Shown one piece after another: positions 18,534 to 28,300 of a stretch of DNA of 64,000 nt (position 1 is the first letter of the stretch; each line of letters starts with the position of its first letter). The position numbers were made by a program, and so were the translations under genes. The notes below the pieces were generated by a model. It saw only the letters and a program-made list of their open reading frames with translations. It was not told the DNA's origin and made no database searches. This DNA is from Verrucomicrobiota bacterium JB022. Its GTDB lineage: Bacteria; Verrucomicrobiota; Verrucomicrobiia; Opitutales; Oceanipulchritudinaceae. The stretch covers positions 307,218 to 371,217 of the forward strand of contig JAUTCQ010000012.1 of the NCBI GenBank assembly GCA_030673845.1, read 5' to 3'.

Positions 18534-20969
18534 ATGAAGACGACTTTCCCGCCCCTGTGCGGCACGCTTGGAGCGCTGCTGCTGGGCCTCACCGCCTGCC
18601 AGAACACCCCTGCCCTCTCCTCTTCCCGCAACGACTCCGGCCTGCGCCTCAACGAGGTCAAAGCCGGCATCCCGGACGACGTCCACGCCCTGCAATTCAT
18701 CGAGCTAGTAGGGCCCGCAGGGCAGCCGATCCAGAATACCTGGCTGCTCGTGATCGACGGCGATGACGCCGACAACCCGGGCACGGTAGATATCGCGGTA
18801 AATCTCGACGGCCAACGCCTGGGCGCCAACGGCCTGTTGCTGGTCCGCGGACCCGGCCAGTACGCCGATGCCGCCCGCGAGACGGCTGTGCTGGAGCTGC
18901 CGGAGATCCGCTCCTACAGCGACGACTCCCACCCCGACGGATTGATTGAACACGACGCCGTGACCTTCCTGCTCGTGCAGGGTACGCAGCTCTCCTTCCG
19001 CGCAGGCGATGACCTGGACCCGAACAACGCGGGTGAGCTGGCCTTGCCAACCGGCACCCAGATCGTCGACAGCGTGGGCTGGCTCGACAATGGCGCGGGC
19101 GTAGGCTACACCCCGGCGCTGCTCAACCAGTCCGCCGGTGGTCCCGATGCCGCCAGCCGTCTGCGCGACCACCACGAGGCCAACGCCGCCTCCGCCTGGG
19201 CCAATGGTGGCCTCCAGGAGACCAGCCCCGAAAGCAATCGCTACAACCCCAATGCGGCCAGCGTCAACCTGCCCCCCAATGCGAAGGTGACGCCCGGCCA
19301 TCCCAACTTTGCCTACGCGCCGTTTGCGCTGCTCAACGAAGTGGCAGCGCCCAACACGTCCAGTGGCGGCTTCGTGGAAGTTCTCGGCCACCCCCACCAG
19401 TCGCTGGACCACGTGTATCTCGTCGGCGTGGCGGGCCATGAAGTCGTGCTCGTCATGAGCCTCGACGGCCAGGCCACCAACCTCGACGGTATCTTCTACG
19501 GCCCCGCCCAGGCTCAAAGCGACGCACTACAGCAAGTTTTCGCCGCCGATGTGGCCAGCCTGCATCTCGTCTACAGCCCAAAGGTGGACCTGAGCCGCCA
19601 GAACCTCGAACTGCGCGACAACCTGCTGCGCGTGCCCGCAGGCGTGCAGGAGATGGACCGCCTTGCGTGGACGAGCAACCCGCGCTTCATTACCGTGCAG
19701 GAAGACGAACGCGTGTGGGTCGACTACCCGGTGCAAGCCGTGACCCGCTATCGCGACAACCGCCTGACCGGCCCTGATTCTTGGACCTACGGCAGCCTCG
19801 ACGGCGATGCCTATGCCGCTTCGGCCTCGAAGAACGTGCCGGCGAAGGGCCACCTAACTCCTGGGCGAATCAACGTCTCGGAGCTGGCGGCGGCACTCGT
19901 GATGCCGACCGTCGAGACCGCGCGCACCACCTTCACCCCGCCGGATGCGGACGACCCGGCCTTCTGGCACCACCCCACCGACCCCAGCCGCAGCCTCGTG
20001 CTCGCCACCCAGAAAGAGGCCGGCTACTCGATCTATGACGCGCAGGGCCGCACCCTGAAAGACGCGCAGCCGGGCGACATCCGTTTCAACAACGTGGATG
20101 TGGTCTATGGCTTCCCGCTGGGCGGTGAAAAGGTCGACCTGGCGGTGTTTACCGACCGCTTCAGCGACCAGTTGGGCCTCTATCGCATCCAGCCCGACGC
20201 GCCGTACTTGATCGACGTGACGGATTACGCCTCGCCCAAGCTCTTCGACGGCGAGCCGGGCGAAGACACCGCCTATGGCAGCGCTGCCTATGTCAGCCCC
20301 GTCGACGGCAGCTATTACGCCTTTGCCACCCAAAACGGCACCAACCGCGTGGCGCAAGTCCGCCTTGTGGCCAAGGGCGCCAAGGTGGGCTGGGAACCGG
20401 TGCGCGAAATCGTGCTCGCCGGCGGCGAAGAAGACGAGCACGCCGAAGGCATGGTAGTCGACCAGGAGCGCGGCATCCTCTACGTTTGTCAGGAGCCGAC
20501 CGCAGTCTACCATGTCGATGCCGAGCCGACCGAAGCCGTCACCACGCTGACGGCAGACGATTTCCTCGCGGCGGCGGGCGACGACAACCTGCGCGAAGAC
20601 ATCGAGGGCGTCACGATCTACTACCTGCCCGACGGCCGGGGCTACATCCTCGTATCGAGCCAGGGCAGCAACACCTTTGCGGTCTACGACCGCGCCAATC
20701 ACGCCTTTGTCGGGTCGTTTGCGGTGGTGGCCAATGGCGAGGGGATCGACGGCAGCCAGGACTGCGACGGCCTCGACGTGACCAACATGCCGCTGGGGCC
20801 GCTCTTCCCCCAAGGGGTGCTGATCGTACACGACGGGCAAGACCGTGGAGACGGGCCCGGCGACTACGCCACAAATTTCAAGTGGGTACCTTGGGAACGG
20901 GTAGCCGAAGCGTTGGGACTTGAGGTCGATACAAGCTATAACCCGCGCGCCCCCCAAGGCCGCCGGTAA
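18534..20969 (+). CDS. Lipoprotein with lamin-tail (LTD) domains and C-terminal beta-propeller phytase (3-phytase) domain
   Basis: Lipobox 'LLGLTAC'. There are two LTD-like segments (LRLNEV…QFIELVG… and …GFVEVLGHP…). Beta-propeller phytase motifs: 'DDPAFWHHPTDPSRSLV', 'EGMVVDQERGILYVCQE', 'SSQGSNTFAVYDR', 'DCDGLDVTNMPLGPLFPQGVLIVHDGQ'. Confidence 0.8.
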   Translation: MKTTFPPLCGTLGALLLGLTACQNTPALSSSRNDSGLRLNEVKAGIPDDVHALQFIELVGPAGQPIQNTWLLVIDGDDADNPGTVDIAVNLDGQRLGANGLLLVRGPGQYADAARETAVLELPEIRSYSDDSHPDGLIEHDAVTFLLVQGTQLSFRAGDDLDPNNAGELALPTGTQIVDSVGWLDNGAGVGYTPALLNQSAGGPDAASRLRDHHEANAASAWANGGLQETSPESNRYNPNAASVNLPPNAKVTPGHPNFAYAPFALLNEVAAPNTSSGGFVEVLGHPHQSLDHVYLVGVAGHEVVLVMSLDGQATNLDGIFYGPAQAQSDALQQVFAADVASLHLVYSPKVDLSRQNLELRDNLLRVPAGVQEMDRLAWTSNPRFITVQEDERVWVDYPVQAVTRYRDNRLTGPDSWTYGSLDGDAYAASASKNVPAKGHLTPGRINVSELAAALVMPTVETARTTFTPPDADDPAFWHHPTDPSRSLVLATQKEAGYSIYDAQGRTLKDAQPGDIRFNNVDVVYGFPLGGEKVDLAVFTDRFSDQLGLYRIQPDAPYLIDVTDYASPKLFDGEPGEDTAYGSAAYVSPVDGSYYAFATQNGTNRVAQVRLVAKGAKVGWEPVREIVLAGGEEDEHAEGMVVDQERGILYVCQEPTAVYHVDAEPTEAVTTLTADDFLAAAGDDNLREDIEGVTIYYLPDGRGYILVSSQGSNTFAVYDRANHAFVGSFAVVANGEGIDGSQDCDGLDVTNMPLGPLFPQGVLIVHDGQDRGDGPGDYATNFKWVPWERVAEALGLEVDTSYNPRAPQGRR

Positions 20970-20983
20970 GAGAGTTGAGAGAG

Positions 20984-21010
20984 CCCGCACCCCTCCAGGT
21001 GCGGGTTTTT
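20984..21010 (+). terminator. Rho-independent terminator (CCCGCACC-loop-GGTGCGGG-TTTTT) after phytase gene
   Basis: 8-bp stem followed by TTTTT, 15 nt after the phytase stop codon. Confidence 0.75.
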
Positions 21011-21080
21011 CGTCGACAACGTCACCGAAACGTCACGCCCCGGCCCCGCCCGTTATGGTAAAATCGACCGTTCAGCCCTC

Positions 21081-23141
21081 ATGCGCCTGAGCTTCCTCAC
21101 CCTGATCGCCGTCTGCGTCAGCCACCTCGGCTGGGGTCAGGGCAGCACGCTCTCGAAGGAAGACCTCGTCAACGCGGTGTGGCACTACCACCTGGAAAGC
21201 GCGTTGGCCGAGCCGGAGAAGGTCTACAAGCTCGACCTTTCGCGGCAGGGGCTGGAAGCCTTCCCGCTGGAAGTGACGGGGCTGCCCAACCTCCGCATCC
21301 TGCTGCTCAACCACAACCGGATCGCAGTGGTGCCGCCGGAGATCGGGCGCCTGCAAAAGCTGGTGGAGCTGGAGCTGAACGACAACGAGCTGGAGGAGCT
21401 GCCGCCCGAGCTGTTTACCATCGGCACGCTCTCAGAGTTGGAGGCCTCGCGCAACCGCATCCGCGAGCTGCCCGCCGCCGTCGCCCAGCTGCACCAGTTG
21501 ACCGAGATCGAGCTGAACGAAAACCGCCTGACGCGTCTGCCCGACGAGGTGGGGCAGCTGACGGAGCTTGAAGAGCTGAAGGTGGCCCGCAACCAGTTGA
21601 CCGAGCTGCCGGCCTCGATCCTCGAACTCGACCAACTAGGCGAACTGGTCGTCGGCTCCAACCAGCTAAGCCACCTGTGGCCCGACATCGACCGCCTACG
21701 CAATCTGCGCGACCTCGACATCTCCAACAACAACCTGCGCGAGCTGCCAGCGGCGCTCTTCGATTTCCACCTCAGCCTGCTCTTTCTCAAGAACAACCCT
21801 TTTGCCCATCCGTTGACGGAAGAGCAGGTGGCCGCCGTGCTCCACGCCGAGGAAAACGACTTCGACGCGGTGATCCTGAGCCTGGCCGAGGCGGGCGACG
21901 CTGTATTGGCGGAGCGTTATCTGGATTTTGCGCAGCGCTATTTCGAGGAACACAAACTGTGGGGCGATCTCGCCGCCGCCTACCTCACGGCAGCCTTCGT
22001 CTACCGCGACCTGGGGCAGCTGGAGCTGGCCGTGGATTACACCAACCGCGCGGAAGCCTTGGCCGAGGAAGTCAATTTCGACTTGTTGACGGCGGACGAC
22101 GACGAGGCCTTTTACGCCAACACGACGGAGATCATCCGCGACGCCCAGAACCTGCAGGAGCTGTTGCACAGCGAACATGAGAAGGCGACCCTGCGCCGCA
22201 ACGTACGCTGGGGCATGATCGCGGGGATGGCCCTGCTGATGGGCTTCTCGGCTTTCGTCTACTGGAGCCGTCGCCGCCTGCAGCGCTACAACCGGGAGCT
22301 GGCCGAGCAGCGCAGACAAATCGCCGAACAGGCCGAGGCGCTGGAGCTGGCAAACGATCATCTGACCGCGCGACAGGGCGAGATTTTGGCGCAAAACGAG
22401 CGGATCGAGGCCCAGGCAGCGGATCTGCGCCGCCTCAACGCGACCAAGGACCGCATCTTTTCCATCGTGGGACATGATTTGCGCAACCCGCTTTATGCGA
22501 TCGAAAGCGTGGCCGAGCTGATCGAAGACGAACAGGGCTTTTGCGAGCCGCAGGAGCAGCAACGCCGCGCCCAAGTGATCCAACGCAGCGCGCAGGAGGC
22601 GTCCCAACTGCTCCACAACCTGCTCGACTGGGCGCGTACCCAGACCAACGACATCCCCTACCGTCCGGGTTTCGTCCAGCCGGGGGTTTTGGTCGATAGC
22701 ACGCTCGACCTGCTGCTGCCTTCCATCCAGCGCAAGCGGCTGCTGATCGACTCGCGGATCGCACCGCATACGGTCGTTTATGCCGACCCGCACATGCTGC
22801 AGACGGTTTTTCGAAACCTGATTGGCAATGCCATCAAGTTCAGCCATGAAGGTGGCCGCATCAGTGTGTGCGAGCGCCAGAGCGAGTCGTGGCACGAGTT
22901 CGAGATCGCCGACGAAGGAGTCGGCATGGAACAGGGAGTGGCCAAGGGACTGCTGCGGCAGACCCGGATCCACTCGGCCACCGGCACCCGGGGAGAAAAA
23001 GGAAGCGGGCTGGGCCTGCTCATCTGCCGCGAGTTCATTGCCCGCAACGAGGGAATGCTGGAGATCGATAGTGCCCCGCAGCAAGGAACGCGCTTCGTCG
23101 TCCGCCTGCCCCTGGTCGGCCTTGCGTTAGCGGTACGTTAG
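21081..23141 (+). CDS. Sensor histidine kinase with N-terminal leucine-rich-repeat (LRR) and TPR-like sensor region
   Basis: Signal/TM, then about 8 LRRs (LxxLxLxxNxLxxLPxxI, e.g. 'LPNLRILLLNHNRIAVVPPEIGRLQKLVELELNDNELEELP'). A helical TPR-like region, a TM and a coiled coil follow. HisKA 'FSIVGHDLRNPLYAI'. HATPase_c 'GNAIKFSHEGGRISV…DEGVGMEQ…GSGLGLLICREF'. Confidence 0.85.
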   Translation: MRLSFLTLIAVCVSHLGWGQGSTLSKEDLVNAVWHYHLESALAEPEKVYKLDLSRQGLEAFPLEVTGLPNLRILLLNHNRIAVVPPEIGRLQKLVELELNDNELEELPPELFTIGTLSELEASRNRIRELPAAVAQLHQLTEIELNENRLTRLPDEVGQLTELEELKVARNQLTELPASILELDQLGELVVGSNQLSHLWPDIDRLRNLRDLDISNNNLRELPAALFDFHLSLLFLKNNPFAHPLTEEQVAAVLHAEENDFDAVILSLAEAGDAVLAERYLDFAQRYFEEHKLWGDLAAAYLTAAFVYRDLGQLELAVDYTNRAEALAEEVNFDLLTADDDEAFYANTTEIIRDAQNLQELLHSEHEKATLRRNVRWGMIAGMALLMGFSAFVYWSRRRLQRYNRELAEQRRQIAEQAEALELANDHLTARQGEILAQNERIEAQAADLRRLNATKDRIFSIVGHDLRNPLYAIESVAELIEDEQGFCEPQEQQRRAQVIQRSAQEASQLLHNLLDWARTQTNDIPYRPGFVQPGVLVDSTLDLLLPSIQRKRLLIDSRIAPHTVVYADPHMLQTVFRNLIGNAIKFSHEGGRISVCERQSESWHEFEIADEGVGMEQGVAKGLLRQTRIHSATGTRGEKGSGLGLLICREFIARNEGMLEIDSAPQQGTRFVVRLPLVGLALAVR

Positions 23142-23269
23142 CCGCGCGCATAAAGTAAATCTGCAAGCACAACCAGAGGCTAAAGCCCTAATTTAGGCTA
23201 AATTCGGAGAGCGAAAACGCCGATTTTTAAGGAGCGTAGCACTCCTTATACTCCCGGCCGAATTTCTGC

Positions 23270-25384
23270 ATGCGCAAGAGCTTGCTTCATCATTCCGTCA
23301 AAGATCCGCTCATTATGGCCGGAATCGTCCTGGCGGCTGCGCTCTTTGGCATCTTTACGCGCCAGATCGGTTTTTTGGCCGCCTTCTGGCCCGCCAATGC
23401 CCTGCTGATCGGGTTGATGATCCGCACGCCTCGTTACGCGGCGCTACCCAACTGGGTCGCAGCCTTCGTGGCCCTCGTTGCCGCCGACGTGCTGGCGGGT
23501 ACCACTTGGCATCTGACCCTGTGGCTGACGAGTGCCAATATGGTGGCAATCTTCACCGGGTACCTGCTGCTGATGCGCATGAACGAGGCCGATCGCCAGT
23601 TGCGACGCCCCCTTTCCGTGCTCTACCTCTTCGCAGCCTGCACCATCTACTCGATCGCCGCCGCGACGGTAGGCGCTGGCACTGCGCCCGTTTATTTCGA
23701 TAAACCTTACTGGGCCGGCTTCGGATTCTGGTCTACCGCCGAGTTGGTCAACGCCGTCATCGTCCTGCCGATGCTGCTGACCTTCCCAACCGGTGCGGCT
23801 CTATGCGAGAAGTTGCGGGAGATGGGGAAGCTGCGCTGGGCCAAAAGGTTGGCTCCGGCAGCGGCCCTCCTCGCGTCCCTCTTCCTCGCGGTGCTGATAG
23901 ACGGCCCGGGCTCGATGGCCTTTCCTGTGCCCGCCCTGCTCTGGTGCGCGCTCAGCTACAGCCTTTTCTCCACCGCTACCCTTACAACGGCCCTCTGCAG
24001 CGGCATGATGGTAGCCATCGCTACCCAGTTCATCGCCATACCGCTCGGCGAAGATCCGATGGCGGCCATGGCCTCGGTGCGTCTCGGCCTCGTGCTCATG
24101 GCCCTCGCGCCTCTGACGGTGGCAAGCGTCAGCCTCGTCCAACGCGAACTGCTGGAGGCCGAGCGCTTGCATGGCGAGAAGCTGGAGAAGGCGAAGGAAA
24201 CGGCGGAAGCGGCCCAACAGGCCAAGAGCAACTTTCTCGCGATCATGAGCCATGAGATCCGCACGCCCATGAACGGCATCATTGGACTCACCGATCTGCT
24301 CAACCGCACTTCGCTGGACGCGGAGCAGGCTGACATGGGTCGCCTGATCAAGCACAGCTCCGAAAACCTGCTGACGATCCTCAACGACATTCTCGACTTT
24401 TCCAAGATCGAGGCCGGCAAGCTGGAGATCACGCCGGAGAGATTCGAGCTCGCCCCCTTGGTCGAAGATGTTGCGGCCCTGCTCGCTCCGGCCGCAGACA
24501 AGAAGGGCCTCGCGCTGAATCTGGAGATCGACCCCGCCCTCAGCGAGCCTTTGTGGGGCGATGCCGGGCGGATTCGGCAGGTGTTGACCAACCTGGTGGG
24601 CAACGCGCTGAAATTTACCACGCAGGGTAGCGTCACGATTGTCGCACGCGAGCTGGAGCACTCCGACTGCAGCGTGACATTTCGCATGGCCGTGCGTGAC
24701 ACGGGGATTGGCATTGCCCAGGCAGCCCAGGCCCAGCTTTTCCAGCCCTTCACGCAAGTCCATGACGCCCCGGCCCGCAAGTTTGGCGGCACCGGGCTCG
24801 GCTTGTCGATCTGCCAACAACTGATCCACCTGATGGGCGGCCAGATCGGCCTGTCCAGCGAGTCGGGCCGGGGCTCGGAATTCTGGTTTACCCTCACCCT
24901 GCAGCGCAACGGCCAAGAGGGAAACAAGCGTCATCCCCGGCCCAGCGCCCCTACCCCAGGCCTGAACCCTGTTCAGCGTTCCCTGGATTTGTTGGTGGCC
25001 GACGACAACGCCGTCAACCAGACCGTCATTCGCCGCCTGCTTGCCTCGATGGGGCACCGGGTAGAGATCGTGAGCGACGGGCAGGAAGCACTCGATCGCC
25101 TGGCCCAGCAGCCTTTCGACGCGGTATTGATGGATTGCCAGATGCCGGGCGTCGACGGCTACGAGGCCACGCGGCGGATTCGTTCCGGATCCTTGCCAGG
25201 CGTCGATGCGAACGTTTGCGTGATAGCCCTGACCGCTTCGGCCATGTCTGAAGCGCGGGACGCGTGCCTTTCCGCCGGGATGGACGACTTCGTCAGCAAG
25301 CCCATCCGCCCCGAGGAGATGCACGCCGCCCTGCAACGCGTTTGCAAGGCCGGTGAAGACGCGACGCAGGAGCCGACCGCGTAG
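23270..25384 (+). CDS. Hybrid sensor histidine kinase / response regulator with MASE1-like polytopic membrane sensor domain
   Basis: About 300 aa of multi-TM N-terminus. HisKA '[18 protein letters not shown]'. HATPase_c ([10 protein letters not shown]…DTGIGI…[13 protein letters not shown]). C-terminal REC domain ([13 protein letters not shown]…[18 protein letters not shown]). Confidence 0.9.
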   Translation: MRKSLLHHSVKDPLIMAGIVLAAALFGIFTRQIGFLAAFWPANALLIGLMIRTPRYAALPNWVAAFVALVAADVLAGTTWHLTLWLTSANMVAIFTGYLLLMRMNEADRQLRRPLSVLYLFAACTIYSIAAATVGAGTAPVYFDKPYWAGFGFWSTAELVNAVIVLPMLLTFPTGAALCEKLREMGKLRWAKRLAPAAALLASLFLAVLIDGPGSMAFPVPALLWCALSYSLFSTATLTTALCSGMMVAIATQFIAIPLGEDPMAAMASVRLGLVLMALAPLTVASVSLVQRELLEAERLHGEKLEKAKETAEAAQQAKSNFLAIMSHEIRTPMNGIIGLTDLLNRTSLDAEQADMGRLIKHSSENLLTILNDILDFSKIEAGKLEITPERFELAPLVEDVAALLAPAADKKGLALNLEIDPALSEPLWGDAGRIRQVLTNLVGNALKFTTQGSVTIVARELEHSDCSVTFRMAVRDTGIGIAQAAQAQLFQPFTQVHDAPARKFGGTGLGLSICQQLIHLMGGQIGLSSESGRGSEFWFTLTLQRNGQEGNKRHPRPSAPTPGLNPVQRSLDLLVADDNAVNQTVIRRLLASMGHRVEIVSDGQEALDRLAQQPFDAVLMDCQMPGVDGYEATRRIRSGSLPGVDANVCVIALTASAMSEARDACLSAGMDDFVSKPIRPEEMHAALQRVCKAGEDATQEPTA

Positions 25385-25389
25385 CGCAT

Positions 25390-28300
25390 CTAGTCGTCAT
25401 GCGCCTGGCTTTCCGGGAGCGGGTCGAGCCCGATCCGCAGGAAGAGGCGGTTGAAGGCGCGCAGAAGGGTGCGCAGTTGCCATTTGATATCGTCGGATAG
25501 CTCGATGTGGTGGGTTAAGGCCGTGTTTTCGGGTGCGGCCGAAGGGGTGAGATGCTGGAGCTGAGCGTCGAGTCGGCGCAGAGGCTCGACCACAGTCTCG
25601 GCAAGCTGCCCCAGCGAGGCGGAAAACTCCGGCGGCAGGTGCAGCGTTGCAGGCGTGGCGGGGCGTTGTGCGGCCTCGGCCAAAGGCGCGAGCGAACGCC
25701 CCACCTGCCCTTGCAGCGCGGCCAGGGACTGCGTGAGCGTGGTCAGATCTTGGCGGAGCGCGCCCAGGCTGTCGGGGGTAAGGGCGAGCGGCGGCAGCGG
25801 GCGCTCCAGTAGCTGGGCCACTTGCGCCTGCCCTTGCCCGAACTGGGCCAAATGGGTTGATACTTCCGCGCGGAAGGCAGGGTCGAGCATCACCGGCTGG
25901 CCCTGCTGGCCCACCGCCGTCTCCAGCTGGCTGGAAATCTTGCCGACGCCTTGGGTCAGGTCGTGCACTGCGCCGACCACGCGGTCGACGGGGTCCTGAT
26001 CCTTCGCACCCATCACGGAGTTGCGCACGTAGCGTTCCTTGACGAGGGCCCAGCGCGCCTGTTCCTGCTCGGTCAAGAGGCCCTCCATCTCACGGAACTT
26101 CAGGAGATTCGACTCCGCCCCGGTGGTGAGGGTCTGGGCTTCGCCCACGTAGTGCTGCAAGACGAGCGCATCCACCTCGCCCGGCGTCATGAGCGGCAAC
26201 ACCTTTTCCGCCATCCGGTTCATGTTGCGGTAGGAGCCCTGGAGCTTGAAGGGCGGCTCGGTGCGGTAGTTGTCTGCCGTGGCGGCGCTGCGGATATACT
26301 CGAGGTTGACGCGCAGGACGGTGTCGCGCACGCGCATCAGGTGACGCGTGACGGTGACCATCTCGTTGACCTCTTCCATCGAATAGTTGCCGACAAAGTC
26401 GACGCCTTCATGGCTGCCCGTCTCCGCGATGCGCATGACGGCGTAGACGTCTTCGCGTGCCTTGCCTGCGAGCGTGCTGAGCGCAGGATTGGAAGTGAGG
26501 CAGTTTTCGAGGTAGCTGGCCTCGAAGGCGGTGCGGTTTTGCTGCACCATGTCGCCCAGGTTGTAGGTGTCGGCGCGGTTGGCCAACATGTCGGGGATCT
26601 GGAAGCGCCCCCCCGTCTCGGTGTAAGGGTTGCCGGCCATAACGACGGCCACCTTCTTGCCGCGCAAGTCGTAGGTACGCGCCACGCCGTTGTAGACGCC
26701 CTCGATCTTGCGCTGCCCGTCGCAGAGCGAGATGAACTTCTGCAGCAGCTCCGGGTTGGTGTGCTGGATGTCGTCGAGGTAGATCATCACGTTGTCGCCC
26801 ATCTCGAAAGCGAGATTCAGCTTGTTGACCTCCTCGCGGGCGCTCGCGTTGCGGGCTTCGCTGGGGTCGAGGCTGGTGACGTCGTGCCCGATGGCCGGGC
26901 CGTTGACCTTGACGAAGGTGATGCCGAGGCGGTTGGCGACATACTCCATCAGGGTCGTCTTGCCGTAGCCGGGCGGCGAGATGAGCAGCAGCATGCCCAT
27001 GCGGTCGGTGCGGGTGTTCTCGCCGGCGGTGCCGATCTGCTTGGCCAGGTTGTCGCCAATGAGGGGCAGGAAGACTTCGTCGAGCAAGCGGTTACGCACA
27101 AAGGCGCTCATCACCTGCGGCTTGAACTCGTCGAGCCTCAGCTTTACGCGCAGGGTCTCGACCAGCTCGTGCTTGCGGCGGTCGAAGGCCAGCCACTGGG
27201 GCATGGTATCGCCCTCGAAGCGGCGGAGCTTGCGCAGGAAGTGGTTGTAATGCAGGTGGTAGCGACGGCCCTCGCCCAGCACCGGGTGATCGCCCCGCAA
27301 GCCTTCCAGGTCGCGCTCCAGCGGCACTTCGACGACCTGGCTCGGCTGAATTCCGCCGCGCAGGAGGTGGGCCGCCGTCTCGTCCACGTATTCCAGCTCA
27401 CGCTCGTTCAGGCCTTGGGCAAGGCCGTAGCCGAGCAGCCAGTCGCGGATCACTTCAAATTCGGCGGCGGGTTGCCCCTTCATGCGCTCGCGGGCCTCCT
27501 CGAAGGCGTTGAGGTAGCGCTGCGCCACCAGCTCCACGCGGAAGCGCTCGGCGAGCTGCGCGGCTTCGCGGCTGACCGTCAGGCTGTCGGGCGTCACCAG
27601 CTCGGTAAACAGATAACGCGCGGCCTCCGGGGCGAGTGCGGCCGGGAACAGCGCGGTGCGTTCGCAAAACTCCTCCACCGCCCGCTCGATCTCGCGGATG
27701 TAGCCGGCCTGCGTCTGGTGCTGCGGGAAGAGCCGCCGCATGGTGGCAAAGGAATCGAGCCTCTGGCTGAGCAACTGGCGCTGTTCGCTGCCTGCATACT
27801 GCTCCCAGAAGACGAGGGCGCAGGCGCGGGTCGCCGTGTCGTAGCGCAGCAGGCCGACCACGGCGTGGATCTCCACCAGTGCATCGAGCAGCAGGCGGGC
27901 GTCGAGGTCGTGCAGGCCCTTGGAGTAGCCTTCGCGGTAGCGCGGGCCCATGAACCGTTGGATCCAGGCCAGGCGGGCTTCGGGCGTGGCGGCGAGGTAA
28001 CCCGGCAGGTCAAGCCCGTCCCCACCCTGCTCCAGTGCCTGCAGTGCCGCGTAGGCGAGGAATTCGGCGCGGTAGACGGTGTCGCTCTCGCTCGGCAGCT
28101 CCATGTCCCACACCGGGCGGAGAGCGTTCAACTCCTCATCCACGATACGCTGGAAAAACTGGGTGCCGGTGAGGTGGTAGTAGAAGTCGCCCTCGCGCCG
28201 GACCGTCGTGAGGTTCAGCTCTTGCTGGTTGACGGTGAACTTGTGGCGGCCGAACTGCAGGAGGTTGGTGCCGTCGACGAAGAGCTCCTGCCGGTCCTTG

